Below, piece after piece: positions 1 to 10,177 of a stretch of DNA of 64,000 nucleotides. Source of the DNA: a bacterium. GTDB taxonomy: Bacteria > Electryoneota > RPQS01. The notes below the pieces were generated by a model. The model worked only from the letters and a program-made list of their open reading frames with translations. It searched no databases and was not told where the DNA came from. The position numbers and the translations under genes were made by a program. Where the stretch lies: NCBI GenBank assembly GCA_020846695.1, contig JADLDM010000187.1, positions 1,010-65,009 of the forward strand. Reading direction: 5' to 3'. Numbering within the stretch: position 1 is the first letter of the stretch; the number at the start of each line of letters is the position of its first letter.

Positions 1-2
1 GG

Positions 3-1214
3 TCGTCGCTGCCGAATATCAATCTTGACAATCCTGAAACCGCGCGCTATTATATTGATATGTGCAAGTGGTGGATAGAGGAGTTTGATATTGACGGCTA
101 CCGTTGCGACGTGGCTTGGGGGCCGATGCAGCGCACACCGGAATTCTGGGTGAATTGGAGGGCTGCGTTGAAGGAGATCAAGCCCGAGGTGCTGCTGCTC
201 GCCGAAACCGGCGCGAATGACTTTGCAATTTTTGAAGACCGCTTCGATCTCGCGCTCGATTGGAATTTGCATCATGAGGGCGCGGCCTCGTTTGCAGATA
301 TGTTCCCTTCGATTCCGAGCTTCACAAATTTGACGGATTTGATTACCAACTACGGTTTCCCATGGCCGGAGTACAAGAATCCGCTGCGCTTCATGGAGAA
401 TCACGACGAGTCCCGATACATCAGCTACAAGACTCCGGCGCAAACGAAGCTCGTGTCTGAGTTGATGTTCACGATTCCGGGAGTTCCGATGATTTATGCG
501 GGACAGGAGATCGGCGAGACGTCGCAACGCGGCGTGATCGGCTGGGGAACCGACGCGAACAGTCTCTATCCGCATTATTACCGCCTGATGAACGCGCGCA
601 AGATTCTGCCTGCGATGCGCACAGGTGATTTTACGCTGATTCCCAATTCGCAAACTGGCGCGTGCTATAGCTTCGCGCGCACTGGCGAGGGCATGGACCC
701 TGTCGTCTTCCTCGGGAATTTCAGTTCCGTCTCGCAGGTGGTGAGTGTGACGATTGATCCGACGCTTTTTGGTTTGCATCCCGATTCAACGTACGTTGTG
801 TCTGAGATACTGGGCGGAACGCATTATGAATCGCTTGGCTCAGGTCTGACTTCGATCTTCACGAGTCTTTCGTCGTATTCAGGGCGCGTGTGGGTGATTT
901 CTGATTCGGTGATCACAACCGACGCTCCCGAGCACACGCCGGAAATTCCTAAGACCACTGAGTTGCTTTCGCCATATCCGAATCCGTTTAATCCGCTGGT
1001 GACAATACCATTTGAATTGGCGCGCGCAGGTCGAGTCCAATTGCGCGTCTTTGACGTACTGGGAAGAACCGCAGCCATTTTGCAGGACGGATTGATGACT
1101 GCGGGAACTCACAATCTCGCGTGGGACGGTTCCGGTTTTTCGAGCGGCGTCTATTTTGCCACGCTCGAAGCGGACGGAGTGCGGCAGACCAGAAAGATAT
1201 TGTTGTTGAAGTGA
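3..1214 (+). CDS. GH13 alpha-amylase family protein with T9SS type-A C-terminal sorting domain (5'-partial)
   Basis: Frame is open from the window edge. GH13 motifs DGYRCDVA, LLAE, FMENHDE and GVPMIYAGQE; C-terminus YPNPFNP...SSGVYF...RKILLLK. Confidence 0.88.
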   Translation, partial: SSLPNINLDNPETARYYIDMCKWWIEEFDIDGYRCDVAWGPMQRTPEFWVNWRAALKEIKPEVLLLAETGANDFAIFEDRFDLALDWNLHHEGAASFADMFPSIPSFTNLTDLITNYGFPWPEYKNPLRFMENHDESRYISYKTPAQTKLVSELMFTIPGVPMIYAGQEIGETSQRGVIGWGTDANSLYPHYYRLMNARKILPAMRTGDFTLIPNSQTGACYSFARTGEGMDPVVFLGNFSSVSQVVSVTIDPTLFGLHPDSTYVVSEILGGTHYESLGSGLTSIFTSLSSYSGRVWVISDSVITTDAPEHTPEIPKTTELLSPYPNPFNPLVTIPFELARAGRVQLRVFDVLGRTAAILQDGLMTAGTHNLAWDGSGFSSGVYFATLEADGVRQTRKILLLK

Positions 1215-3895
1215 GAGTGAGATACACCCTTCTTGCAGTATTTCTGCTTTTTACGGAGACCTGCGTTGCACAAATTGAGGTGAAGGCAAGTGAGAATCGT
1301 CCGTTTCTGATTTCCAATGGCAATGGAACCTATCTCTATGGCTCGACGGGCGACAACTGGGACTCTGGATGGATGGGGCTGTGGGTAGACAGGGAGCGCG
1401 TGGCGCCGCCGATAAGGCCTTATAGCCGCCTCGTACGCGGTGGAAGGGGTTTTAACCCCCATAGATTCTCACACTGGGTCTGTGAGGTTGGAAAACGGTC
1501 CGTACGTTGGATAAGCAACGACAAGGAGATGCTCGCGCTGTGGTTTCGACCGAGCAATGACACGCTGTTCTGGTCCTCCGCAGATTGGGTGACGATTAAC
1601 GCTGATACGACGTGGTTCAAGTTCGTTGCATCGGGGGATTCGTCCGAAGTCGGAATGTCTAATGGCCTGCTGAGCGCGGACTCAGATGTAAATGAACCAG
1701 TGGCATGGGCACACGCCCAGCTCCTGAATCTGCTTGCAGAGAACGATTCTCTGCTTTATGCCGGAATTCCATGGTTCAATGAGGGATGGGGACGCGACAC
1801 GTTTATTTCGTTGCCGGGGTTTTTGGTCACGGGGCACTTTGATGTTGCGCGAAAACTGTTAATGAGATTTGCGGGTTGGATTGACCGAGATCCGAAAAGT
1901 CCGACTTACGGGAGGATTCCCAATCGCGTCAGGCCCGGCGAAGACATCGCCTACAACACCGCCGATGGGACAGCGTGGTGGATGCGCGAAGTGTATGAGT
2001 ACGGCATCTACTCCGGCGATTACAGTTTGTGGGATACGCTGCTTGCGGAAGACGGAGCGATGCGGATTGCGCTCGATGCGGCAGTCTTGAAAAGTGATTC
2101 GCTCGGATTTCTCATGCATGGCGACGCGGATACGTGGATGGATGCGGTCGGTCCGAATGGAGCGCACAGCCCGAGGGGAAATCGTGCGATTGAGATTCAG
2201 GCGCTGCACTACGCGAGTTTTGATAACGCGCTGCGCATGACGAAGAATGCGCCGGATGCTTGGGAAGATGCAAAGAAGCGGCTGCGCTGGAATGTGTTCG
2301 CAAACTACTACAATGAAGCTGGAGAGTATTTCTACGACCGGTTGATGCCGGATGGTCGCGCCGACACGACGATGCGGCCCAATCAGCTCTTTGTCTATAC
2401 GATTCCCATGACGCCGCTTGTGCCGCCGCAAACAGAATTGCCGGTCTTGGAAAATGCTGCGCGCGAGACGATTCACGAGCATGGCGTGCTGTCGCTTTCG
2501 CCGGAGGATACGTGCTTTCATCCTTATCACATGGATTGGCACTATCCGAAGGACGACGCCTATCATCAGGGAATTGCGTGGGTGTGGCTCTCGGGGCCTG
2601 CAAAGAGTTTGCTCGTGAGGAATGGGCGCGGCGATCTTGCGTTGAAGATTGCGGAATACGAAGCAGAGCTGATTCGCGAGCGCGGATTGGTGGGATCGCT
2701 GCCGGAGTTGCTCGACGCGATGAAGCGGCCCGGCGAAGATGAAATCGCAATGTCTGGAACAACGTCGCAGGCGTGGAGCTTAGCGGAGTTCTTGCGAACG
2801 ACGTATCAGGACTTTTTGGGAATCCGCCCGGTGATCCATGGCCGCGATGAACCGTTTTGGCTTTTTGCGCCGAGGATACCTGAGAAGTGGGGTATGGTGG
2901 AGACGCGCGTGACGTGCGGCGGACTTCCGATTCAGGTGAGGATGCAGCAGTTTGCGGATTCTACGGTGATTGATCTGCTTCCTGAGCAGAAGCCCACGAC
3001 GCCGTTGGCGGTGAAGTTCTTCGACATCGAAAAGGGAATCACAGGACTCATCAAGACGGACGATCCGCTGCATGTGGTGTATCGGAAGAAAGATAACGTC
3101 TGTCTTGCGGACGGCGTGCCGACGGCGCAGGTGAAGCTCACCGGATGGCCCTATGACAAGGGCCCGAAAGAGCTTGAGCTTGCCAAGCCCATCACGCGAA
3201 CGGATTTCACTTCGTTGAAAGATCCCGATTGGGAGATTCTCGCGGGGGACGATATTCACTGCGACATTCAGTATTCGCTGCTGTTGACGCGGGCCACGGA
3301 TTCTTTGGGTGATGACGATGGCGGTGCGGGATACGTTTACCCGAGTGACGAAAACTTCGTTAAGGGTATTCTCGATATTGAGCAGCTTGAAGTGCGAGAC
3401 GCAAAGGATAGATACTACTTTGAATTGAAGTTTGATTCGCTCGCGCAGCCGGGTTGGCATCCCGAATACGGATTTCAATTGACCTATGCGGCAATCTGCC
3501 TGCACACGGAAAACGCGAAGCGCACGGAGCTCGGTGCGAATTCCAATTTGACGCTTGACACTCCCGCCGAGCGCATTATTTATGTCGGCGGTGGAGTGCG
3601 CGTTGAAGATGAGCGCGGCAAGATTTTGGGCGAGTTCATTCCGCGTGATAACAAGGACGCGTTTGGCAACGTCGCGACTTCGACGATTTCATTTTGTCTG
3701 CCGAAATCGCTCTTTCCTCCGAACGACGGAAGTTGGACGTGGACGATATTCTCCGGTGCGCAGGATGATCACGGTGGCGCGGGAATCGGAGAATTTCGCA
3801 GCGTGAAACCAGCCGTCGAGCGCTGGGCAGGCGGAGGAAACGAGCACGACGGACCAAACATTTACGATCGGCTGAGCACACTCAGTCCGAAATGA
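1211..3895 (+). CDS. Secreted amylo-alpha-1,6-glucosidase (debranching enzyme family) with C-terminal glucodextranase/DOMON-like domain
   Basis: AGIPWF..WGRDTFISLPG, YNTADGT.WW, TWMDA, RPNQL, YHQG.AW.WL and QAWSLAE motifs. C-terminal DDDG..GYVYP..DI domain. GTG start overlaps the upstream stop and is followed by a signal-like peptide. Confidence 0.82.
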   Translation: MRVRYTLLAVFLLFTETCVAQIEVKASENRPFLISNGNGTYLYGSTGDNWDSGWMGLWVDRERVAPPIRPYSRLVRGGRGFNPHRFSHWVCEVGKRSVRWISNDKEMLALWFRPSNDTLFWSSADWVTINADTTWFKFVASGDSSEVGMSNGLLSADSDVNEPVAWAHAQLLNLLAENDSLLYAGIPWFNEGWGRDTFISLPGFLVTGHFDVARKLLMRFAGWIDRDPKSPTYGRIPNRVRPGEDIAYNTADGTAWWMREVYEYGIYSGDYSLWDTLLAEDGAMRIALDAAVLKSDSLGFLMHGDADTWMDAVGPNGAHSPRGNRAIEIQALHYASFDNALRMTKNAPDAWEDAKKRLRWNVFANYYNEAGEYFYDRLMPDGRADTTMRPNQLFVYTIPMTPLVPPQTELPVLENAARETIHEHGVLSLSPEDTCFHPYHMDWHYPKDDAYHQGIAWVWLSGPAKSLLVRNGRGDLALKIAEYEAELIRERGLVGSLPELLDAMKRPGEDEIAMSGTTSQAWSLAEFLRTTYQDFLGIRPVIHGRDEPFWLFAPRIPEKWGMVETRVTCGGLPIQVRMQQFADSTVIDLLPEQKPTTPLAVKFFDIEKGITGLIKTDDPLHVVYRKKDNVCLADGVPTAQVKLTGWPYDKGPKELELAKPITRTDFTSLKDPDWEILAGDDIHCDIQYSLLLTRATDSLGDDDGGAGYVYPSDENFVKGILDIEQLEVRDAKDRYYFELKFDSLAQPGWHPEYGFQLTYAAICLHTENAKRTELGANSNLTLDTPAERIIYVGGGVRVEDERGKILGEFIPRDNKDAFGNVATSTISFCLPKSLFPPNDGSWTWTIFSGAQDDHGGAGIGEFRSVKPAVERWAGGGNEHDGPNIYDRLSTLSPK

Positions 3896-3918
3896 TCGCA
3901 ACTTAGCGAAACAACTTC

Positions 3919-4992
3919 ATGGCAAGCATTGAGCTGCGCAACATTCGCAAGGTCTTCGGCAGTACGATAGTTTTGCCGGATATCAGTTTCACGGTGCGCG
4001 AGGACGAATTCGTCGTGCTGGTGGGACCTTCCGGCTGCGGCAAGTCCACAATTTTGAGAACCATCGCAGGTCTCGAAACGCCGACTTCCGGCGAAGTGTG
4101 GATCGGAGGAAAGAATATCACCGAGGTGCATCCACGCGACCGCGACGTGGCGATGGTGTTTCAAAGCTACGCGCTCTATCCGCATCTTTCCGTCTATGAC
4201 AACATGGCTTTCGGCCTGCGTATGAGAAAATTCGCGGAGAGCGAAATTGACAAGCGAGTGCGCGAGGCTGCGGCCTTTTTCCAACTCGATGAACTCCTGC
4301 AAAGAAAGCCTAAGCAGCTTTCCGGCGGACAGAGGCAGCGCGTTGCCTTAGGCCGCGCGGTCGTGAGAAATCCCTCGACGTTTCTTTTCGACGAGCCGCT
4401 TTCCAATCTTGATGCAAAGCTGCGCGCGCATACCAGAACGGAGATTGCGCGTTTGCATAAGCGCCTTAAGACCTCGATGGTCTATGTGACGCACGATCAG
4501 ATTGAAGCGATGACTATGGGAGAGAGAATTGTCGTCTTGAAGGATGGCGAAATACAGCAGATTGATACACCGCTCAATGTCTATCGCAAGCCAGCGAATC
4601 GCTTTGTCGCCGGATTCATCGGATCGCCTGCGATGAATTTCATACCCGGAACACGCGAGGGGGGGTCGCTGCGAACGGATTTCTGTAAATTCGAGTTGTT
4701 GGCCGCCACGCAATCGGCCGCAAAGAGTTCCATAACACTTGGACTTCGTCCCGAGCAGATTCTATTAGGCCCTGCGCAGAACGGGCACGTTGGATTCAAT
4801 CTCCTCGTGGACGTCGTGGAGCCGATGGGTAACGAGCTTCTGGTTTACGGTCGTGCCGGTACGCAATCGCTCGTGGTGCGCTGTGATCCGAAGGCCGCTA
4901 TCGCTATTGATCAGACGGTGCCGATGCACTTTGATCCACAGGCGGTTCACTATTTTGATGGTGAAAACGAAAAGGCGCTCCCCATTTCCTGA
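3919..4992 (+). CDS. malK: Sugar ABC transporter ATP-binding protein (MalK/UgpC family)
   Basis: Walker A GPSGCGKST, VFQSYALYPH, LSGGQRQRVALGRA, DEPLSNLDAKLR, C-terminal TOBE-like region. Confidence 0.92.
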   Translation: MASIELRNIRKVFGSTIVLPDISFTVREDEFVVLVGPSGCGKSTILRTIAGLETPTSGEVWIGGKNITEVHPRDRDVAMVFQSYALYPHLSVYDNMAFGLRMRKFAESEIDKRVREAAAFFQLDELLQRKPKQLSGGQRQRVALGRAVVRNPSTFLFDEPLSNLDAKLRAHTRTEIARLHKRLKTSMVYVTHDQIEAMTMGERIVVLKDGEIQQIDTPLNVYRKPANRFVAGFIGSPAMNFIPGTREGGSLRTDFCKFELLAATQSAAKSSITLGLRPEQILLGPAQNGHVGFNLLVDVVEPMGNELLVYGRAGTQSLVVRCDPKAAIAIDQTVPMHFDPQAVHYFDGENEKALPIS

Positions 4993-5002
4993 GCGCAACA
5001 TT

Positions 5003-7273
5003 ATGCCGATACTCCTTGCACTCCTTCTTATTGTGACGACCAGCTGCGCCGCCAAGACGGGCGACCTCTATCTGAATATCATCTGGCATCAGCATCAGCC
5101 GCTCTATCTTGACCCGGAAACGGATGAGCTGCGCGGGCCGTGGGTGCGCACGCACGCGACGAAAGATTACTATGACATGGCGGAACTCATTGGGCGTTAT
5201 CCCGAGATTCACGCCACGATCAATCTGACGTCGTCGCTCTTGATGCAGCTTCAGGACTACTACGTCGTGCGTTTGTCGCCGCATCTTCGTGACGGTGCGG
5301 ATGGAAAACGCGAAATTGATGCCGCAGCGTATTTTGCCGCGGGTCGTAAGACGGATCCGTGGATTGATCTTGCGTTGAGGCCAACAGAGTCCTTCACGGA
5401 AGCGGATCGCGCGAAGCTTGTGAGTGAATCGTGGAACGCGTTCGGAATTTCTGACGTGCAGATTCAGCACTTTCCTGAGTATCTTGCGTTAAGGACAAAG
5501 GCGCGCGATTCCTTGACGACTGACGATCTGCGCGACATCAAGGCGTGGTTTTTCCTCGCGCATTTTGATCCCGACTTCCTACGCGGCACGTCGCCTCTCG
5601 ATGTCAACTTGACCGACCTTGTTGAAGAGCGCGAAGGCAAGTTCTATCGAGACGGACACTTCAGCGAGCGCGATGCGAATCGGTTGGTTGCCGATGCGGT
5701 TCGCGTCATGCAAGAGGTTCGGAGTGTTCACGGCAGTCTCGACTTTGATAATGAGAAGCGGAGAGCGGACGGAACCGCCATTTGGCAGTGCGAATTAATT
5801 ACAACACCTTTCTATCATCCGATACTCCCGCTGCTGATTGACTCTGACATCGCAAGGACATGCCAACCGAACGCAGCGTTGCCGAATAGGTTTGCGTACC
5901 CGTCGGATGCTGAAGCGCAGATTGTGAAAGGCAGTTATAATTTCGTCATGACGTTCGGCTATCCGAACATAGGTATGTGGCCGGCGGAAGGTTCGATCTC
6001 GAAGGATGCAGCGGAAGCCTTTGCAAAACTCGGCATGAAGTGGATCTGCGGAGATATGCACGTCTTGTCGAAATCAAAGCCTTCGTCGCTTCCCGTTGCG
6101 CGGCCCTATCGCATCGAGTCGCCGAGCGGGCCGATTGCCATTGTATTTCGTGAGACCACGCTTTCTGATCACATCGGATTCAGCTATCAGAAGATGGAGC
6201 CGAAAGCATCCGTCGAGCACTTTATTCGCGAGATTCTGAAGTTCAAGCCTAAAGGCGATGAGGGCGACTGCCTGCTCACGGTGATTCTCGACGGCGAGAA
6301 CGCTTGGGAATGGTACGAACACGACATGGACGGCAAGGAGTTCCTGCGCGGATTGTACGAGCGCTTAACTGCTTTACGTGAGAACAAAGTTGTTACATGC
6401 GTAACGCCCACTGAGTACTTCATGGGCAATCCCGAACGCGGCGTGCCGCCACATCCCATCAAGGACCTTACCGAGATAACAGAACTCTGGCCAGGGTCGT
6501 GGATCAATGCGAACTACGATACATGGATTGGTGAGTCCGAAGAAAATAAGGCTTGGGAATACTTGCTTCAGACCCGTAGAGATCTTGAAATGAGTGGATT
6601 GCCGCAGCCGCCCTTTATTAACAATGCGATGCCCGAGATGACGCGGGGATTCCGGGAGAGCGGACTTACCGAAGAACAATGGTATGCGGCAAGCGCTGCC
6701 TACGAATCTATGTACGCCGCGGAAGGCTCTGACTGGTTTTGGTGGTACGGCGCCGATCAGAGCGCTGGCGGAGGTGACAAGCCATTCGAGGACGCATTCT
6801 TCTCGCACCTGCGCGCAGTCTATCGCCACATGCAAGAGGCCGGTGTGAAGATTGAGACGCCGGAATTCGCTCCGATCCTAAGCGCAGCGAAACGAGACGT
6901 GCAGGAAGCCGGCGGAGCTATGGCGCGCAATTCAGAAATGCGGCAGGTGCGCTTCGAGTGTGAAGCGCGGCGGATTGAAGTACTGCGCTCCATTTTCATA
7001 GCAGGTAATCGCCCGGAATTTTCCGATTGGAATCCCAACGTCACCGCGTTATTCGATGACGGAACGCGCGGCGACGTGAAAGCCAAAGACGGCGTCTGGA
7101 GTCTCCTCATTGAACTTCCCGTCGGCGCCGAAATACAATATAAGTACACGAATTCCGGTGAGCCAGGGCAGTGGCAGCCTTCGGAAGAATTTCAGCAGGG
7201 CAATCGTGCCTTCACGGTAGAAGCCGGTGATGGGCCTCTTGTTCGACACGACAAGTTCGGTGTGCATGAGTAA
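5003..7273 (+). CDS. Exported GH57 (amylopullulanase type) with C-terminal CBM20-like/DDG-motif domain
   Basis: WHQHQP, PWVRTHATKDYY, TPFYHPILPLL, GMWPAEGS, LDGENAWE and AEGSDWFWWY motifs. Start moved to ATG 5003, which begins a signal peptide (possible lipobox TTSC). Confidence 0.88.
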   Translation: MPILLALLLIVTTSCAAKTGDLYLNIIWHQHQPLYLDPETDELRGPWVRTHATKDYYDMAELIGRYPEIHATINLTSSLLMQLQDYYVVRLSPHLRDGADGKREIDAAAYFAAGRKTDPWIDLALRPTESFTEADRAKLVSESWNAFGISDVQIQHFPEYLALRTKARDSLTTDDLRDIKAWFFLAHFDPDFLRGTSPLDVNLTDLVEEREGKFYRDGHFSERDANRLVADAVRVMQEVRSVHGSLDFDNEKRRADGTAIWQCELITTPFYHPILPLLIDSDIARTCQPNAALPNRFAYPSDAEAQIVKGSYNFVMTFGYPNIGMWPAEGSISKDAAEAFAKLGMKWICGDMHVLSKSKPSSLPVARPYRIESPSGPIAIVFRETTLSDHIGFSYQKMEPKASVEHFIREILKFKPKGDEGDCLLTVILDGENAWEWYEHDMDGKEFLRGLYERLTALRENKVVTCVTPTEYFMGNPERGVPPHPIKDLTEITELWPGSWINANYDTWIGESEENKAWEYLLQTRRDLEMSGLPQPPFINNAMPEMTRGFRESGLTEEQWYAASAAYESMYAAEGSDWFWWYGADQSAGGGDKPFEDAFFSHLRAVYRHMQEAGVKIETPEFAPILSAAKRDVQEAGGAMARNSEMRQVRFECEARRIEVLRSIFIAGNRPEFSDWNPNVTALFDDGTRGDVKAKDGVWSLLIELPVGAEIQYKYTNSGEPGQWQPSEEFQQGNRAFTVEAGDGPLVRHDKFGVHE

Positions 7274-8489
7274 ATTTCTGACAGTCGCCGCGATGCTGCT
7301 CTGCGCGCTCGGCTGTGAAAAGCGCGACGGAGCGACACGCATTCAGCTCTGGCATCAGATGCAGCCGGAAGATCGCGCCGTGCTGATGCAAGTGATTGCC
7401 GAATATGACAGCGCACATGCGAACGTCGAGGTTGAGGTGATCTATAAGGAAACGGAAGATCTTCGCTCGAGTTTTCAGACGGCGGCGCTCGCGGGATTGG
7501 GACCTGATTTGATCTATGGCCCCTCCGATCAGGTGGGACCCTTTGCCACGATGCAATTCGTCGAGCCGCTTGATCGTCTCGTGGACGCAAACTTATTGAA
7601 GAAGCTCGACGAGCGCGCGGCAGTGAAATTCAAGGGACACATCTATCAGGTCGCGGATCGCATCGGAAATCACCTCACGCTGGTTTACAACAAGAAGCTC
7701 CTCCCTACACCGCCGAAGACGACTGACGAGTTGATTGAAATGGGTAGAGCAGTTTCGCGCGACACAAACGGCGACGGCGCAACAGATATCTACGGCATCG
7801 TCTGGAATTTCACCGAACCGTTTTTTTTCGTTCCGTGGTTCTCAGGTTTCGGCGGATGGGTGATGGATGAGCAGGGCAATCCGAGCTTGAGCGGCGACGC
7901 GGCGGCAAATGCCTTTCGCTTCGTGAAATCGTTGCGCGATGACTATCACATCGTGCCGCCCGATTGCGATTATAACACCGCGGACGTGCTCTTCAAAGAA
8001 GGGCGCGCCGCGATGCTGGTGAACGGCCCGTGGTCATGGGCGGGATATGGAAATGCAGGCGTGGATTACGAACTTGCGCGCATTCCGCAAGTCACTTCAA
8101 CGGGATTGTGGCCTGCGCCGATGGTGTCGCCATTGGGCTACTCCCTGAACGCGAACAGTGAAGATAAAGAGCGCGACGAGGCCCTGCTCTTGTTGGATTA
8201 TTTGTTATCTGACGGAGTGCAACAGAAGTTTGTCGAAGCAACGGGAATTATTCCGGCGAGCCTTGCCCTGCGCGCTGATTCAAGTTTTCTTTCGCGCCCG
8301 CACATGGAGGAGAGCCTCTCGCAGCTTGAAGTCGGACGCGCGATGCCGGTCGTTCCTGAACTGCGCGCAGTGTGGGATGCGATGAGACCTGCGTATCAAG
8401 CGGTGCTGGGCGGATATCTTTCGCCGGAAGAGGCCGCGAAACAGATGCAGAAGGACGCCGAGCAGAAGATTCGGGAGATGAATGAATAA
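7266..8489 (+). CDS. Maltose/maltodextrin-type ABC solute-binding lipoprotein (MalE-like)
   Basis: Lipobox ALGC, LVYNKKLLPTPPKTTDEL, FKEGRAAMLVNGPW and MP.VPELRAVW; adjacent to two permeases. Confidence 0.87.
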   Translation: MSKFLTVAAMLLCALGCEKRDGATRIQLWHQMQPEDRAVLMQVIAEYDSAHANVEVEVIYKETEDLRSSFQTAALAGLGPDLIYGPSDQVGPFATMQFVEPLDRLVDANLLKKLDERAAVKFKGHIYQVADRIGNHLTLVYNKKLLPTPPKTTDELIEMGRAVSRDTNGDGATDIYGIVWNFTEPFFFVPWFSGFGGWVMDEQGNPSLSGDAAANAFRFVKSLRDDYHIVPPDCDYNTADVLFKEGRAAMLVNGPWSWAGYGNAGVDYELARIPQVTSTGLWPAPMVSPLGYSLNANSEDKERDEALLLLDYLLSDGVQQKFVEATGIIPASLALRADSSFLSRPHMEESLSQLEVGRAMPVVPELRAVWDAMRPAYQAVLGGYLSPEEAAKQMQKDAEQKIREMNE

Positions 8490-9357
8490 GGAACGAAATT
8501 TCGCAATGTGGATGGTGATGCCCGCCGCGATTGTGGTAGGACTGGTCGTGGTATGGCCTTTCATCTACAATGTGTTCATCTCGCTCTCGAACATGAGCCT
8601 CCTGCACATTCATGATTGGAAGTTTGTCGGACTGAAGCAGTATCAGAAGGTCTTCAGCGACACAGCTTTTTATGTGGTAATGGGAAAGACGTTTGTTTGG
8701 ACGATTATCAACGTTACCTTTCACGTGACGATCGGCGTTGCGTTGGCGGTGATTCTGCATGAGAATGTGCCCGGCAAACGACTTTTCCGCACGCTGCTGA
8801 TTCTGCCGTGGGCGATTCCGCCGGTGGTCACTGCATTGACTTGGCGCGGATTGTTTCACTATGAATATGGCGCCGTCAATCTGATTTGGACTAAGGTTTT
8901 CGAGCAGACTCCGATTCAGTGGCTGAATGATCCTGTCGGCACGTTTGCGGCGTGTGTGGTGACGAATGTCTGGCTCGGATTTCCCTTCATGATGGTCGTT
9001 GCGCTCGGAGGACTTCAGAGTATTCCGCGCGAACTCTATGAGGCCGCCATGATTGACGGCGCATCTGCATGGCAGAGATTTAAGACCATTACTCTTCCGA
9101 TGCTCGTGCCAGTCTTGACGCCGGCAATCGTCTTAGGGTTCGTTTGGACCTTCAACAAAGTTGACATTATCTGGCTTGTTTCAAACGGCGGGGAACCCGC
9201 TGACAAGACTCACATATTGGTTTCGTTTGTTTATCGCGCGGCCTTCAATCTCTATCGCTACGGCTATGCCGCCGCGGGGTCCATCGTGATTTTTGCCTTG
9301 CTGGTCATATTCTCCGTCGTGTTCATGCGGCGCGCCAAAATGAAGATGGCGGACTGA
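8482..9357 (+). CDS. Sugar ABC permease (MalF-like)
   Basis: Hydrophobic helices; EAA loop LQSIPRELYEAAMIDGAS. Confidence 0.9.
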   Translation: MNKERNFAMWMVMPAAIVVGLVVVWPFIYNVFISLSNMSLLHIHDWKFVGLKQYQKVFSDTAFYVVMGKTFVWTIINVTFHVTIGVALAVILHENVPGKRLFRTLLILPWAIPPVVTALTWRGLFHYEYGAVNLIWTKVFEQTPIQWLNDPVGTFAACVVTNVWLGFPFMMVVALGGLQSIPRELYEAAMIDGASAWQRFKTITLPMLVPVLTPAIVLGFVWTFNKVDIIWLVSNGGEPADKTHILVSFVYRAAFNLYRYGYAAAGSIVIFALLVIFSVVFMRRAKMKMAD

Positions 9358-9358
9358 G

Positions 9359-10177
9359 ATGCTCAGAAAAATTGTTCTCACAACCGTCATGATCGTCATC
9401 ACCGTGATGACGCTCTATCCCGTGCTCACGGTGGTCACGGTTTCGTTGCGCCCAGCGGATCGTTTGCTTTCGACGTCGCTCGAAATTATTCCTGACGACG
9501 CGACGTTTGACAACTATGTCGCACTGTTCACCGAGCGGCCCTTTGCACGCTGGCTCTTGAACAGCACGCTGGTCGCCGCCGCTGTTACGATCTTCGCAAC
9601 GGCGTTAGCTTCAACGGCGGGTTATGCTTTTTCACGTTTCCGATTTCCGGGTTACAGGGCCGGCATGAGTCTGCTTCTGATTACTCAGATGTTTCCGGCG
9701 ACGATGCTCCTCTTGCCGCTCTTTCTGATGCTGGCGAAACTTCATCTCATCAATTCTTATATAGGATTGATGGTGGTTTATTCGGCGACAGCGCTTCCCT
9801 TCACGGTTTGGCAGATGAAGGGCTACTACGATACGATTCCGCGCGAACTGGAAGAAGCTGCGATGCTGGACGGCGCGAGCCGGTTTAAGACCTTCTATTT
9901 GGTCATCCTGCCGCTCGCCGCTCCGGCTCTGGTGATTACCGCGTTGTTCAGTTTTCTGACCGCTTGGAGTGAATACATCGTCGCCGCGCAGGTGCTGCTG
10001 ACGGAGGATATGTACACGCTTCCTATCGGATTGAAGCAGTTTCAGTCGAGCATGACTACCGAATGGGGACTTTACGCGGCGGGCTCAATTGTGGTTAGTA
10101 TTCCTGTGATTGCATTGTTCTTGAAATTGTCCAAATGGCTTGTGTCAGGACTTACACTTGGCAGCGTGAAGGGATAG
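9359..10177 (+). CDS. Sugar ABC permease (MalG-like)
   Basis: YAFSRFRFPG, QMFP, KGYYDTIPRELEEAAMLDGA and ..GSVKG C-terminus. Confidence 0.9.
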   Translation: MLRKIVLTTVMIVITVMTLYPVLTVVTVSLRPADRLLSTSLEIIPDDATFDNYVALFTERPFARWLLNSTLVAAAVTIFATALASTAGYAFSRFRFPGYRAGMSLLLITQMFPATMLLLPLFLMLAKLHLINSYIGLMVVYSATALPFTVWQMKGYYDTIPRELEEAAMLDGASRFKTFYLVILPLAAPALVITALFSFLTAWSEYIVAAQVLLTEDMYTLPIGLKQFQSSMTTEWGLYAAGSIVVSIPVIALFLKLSKWLVSGLTLGSVKG

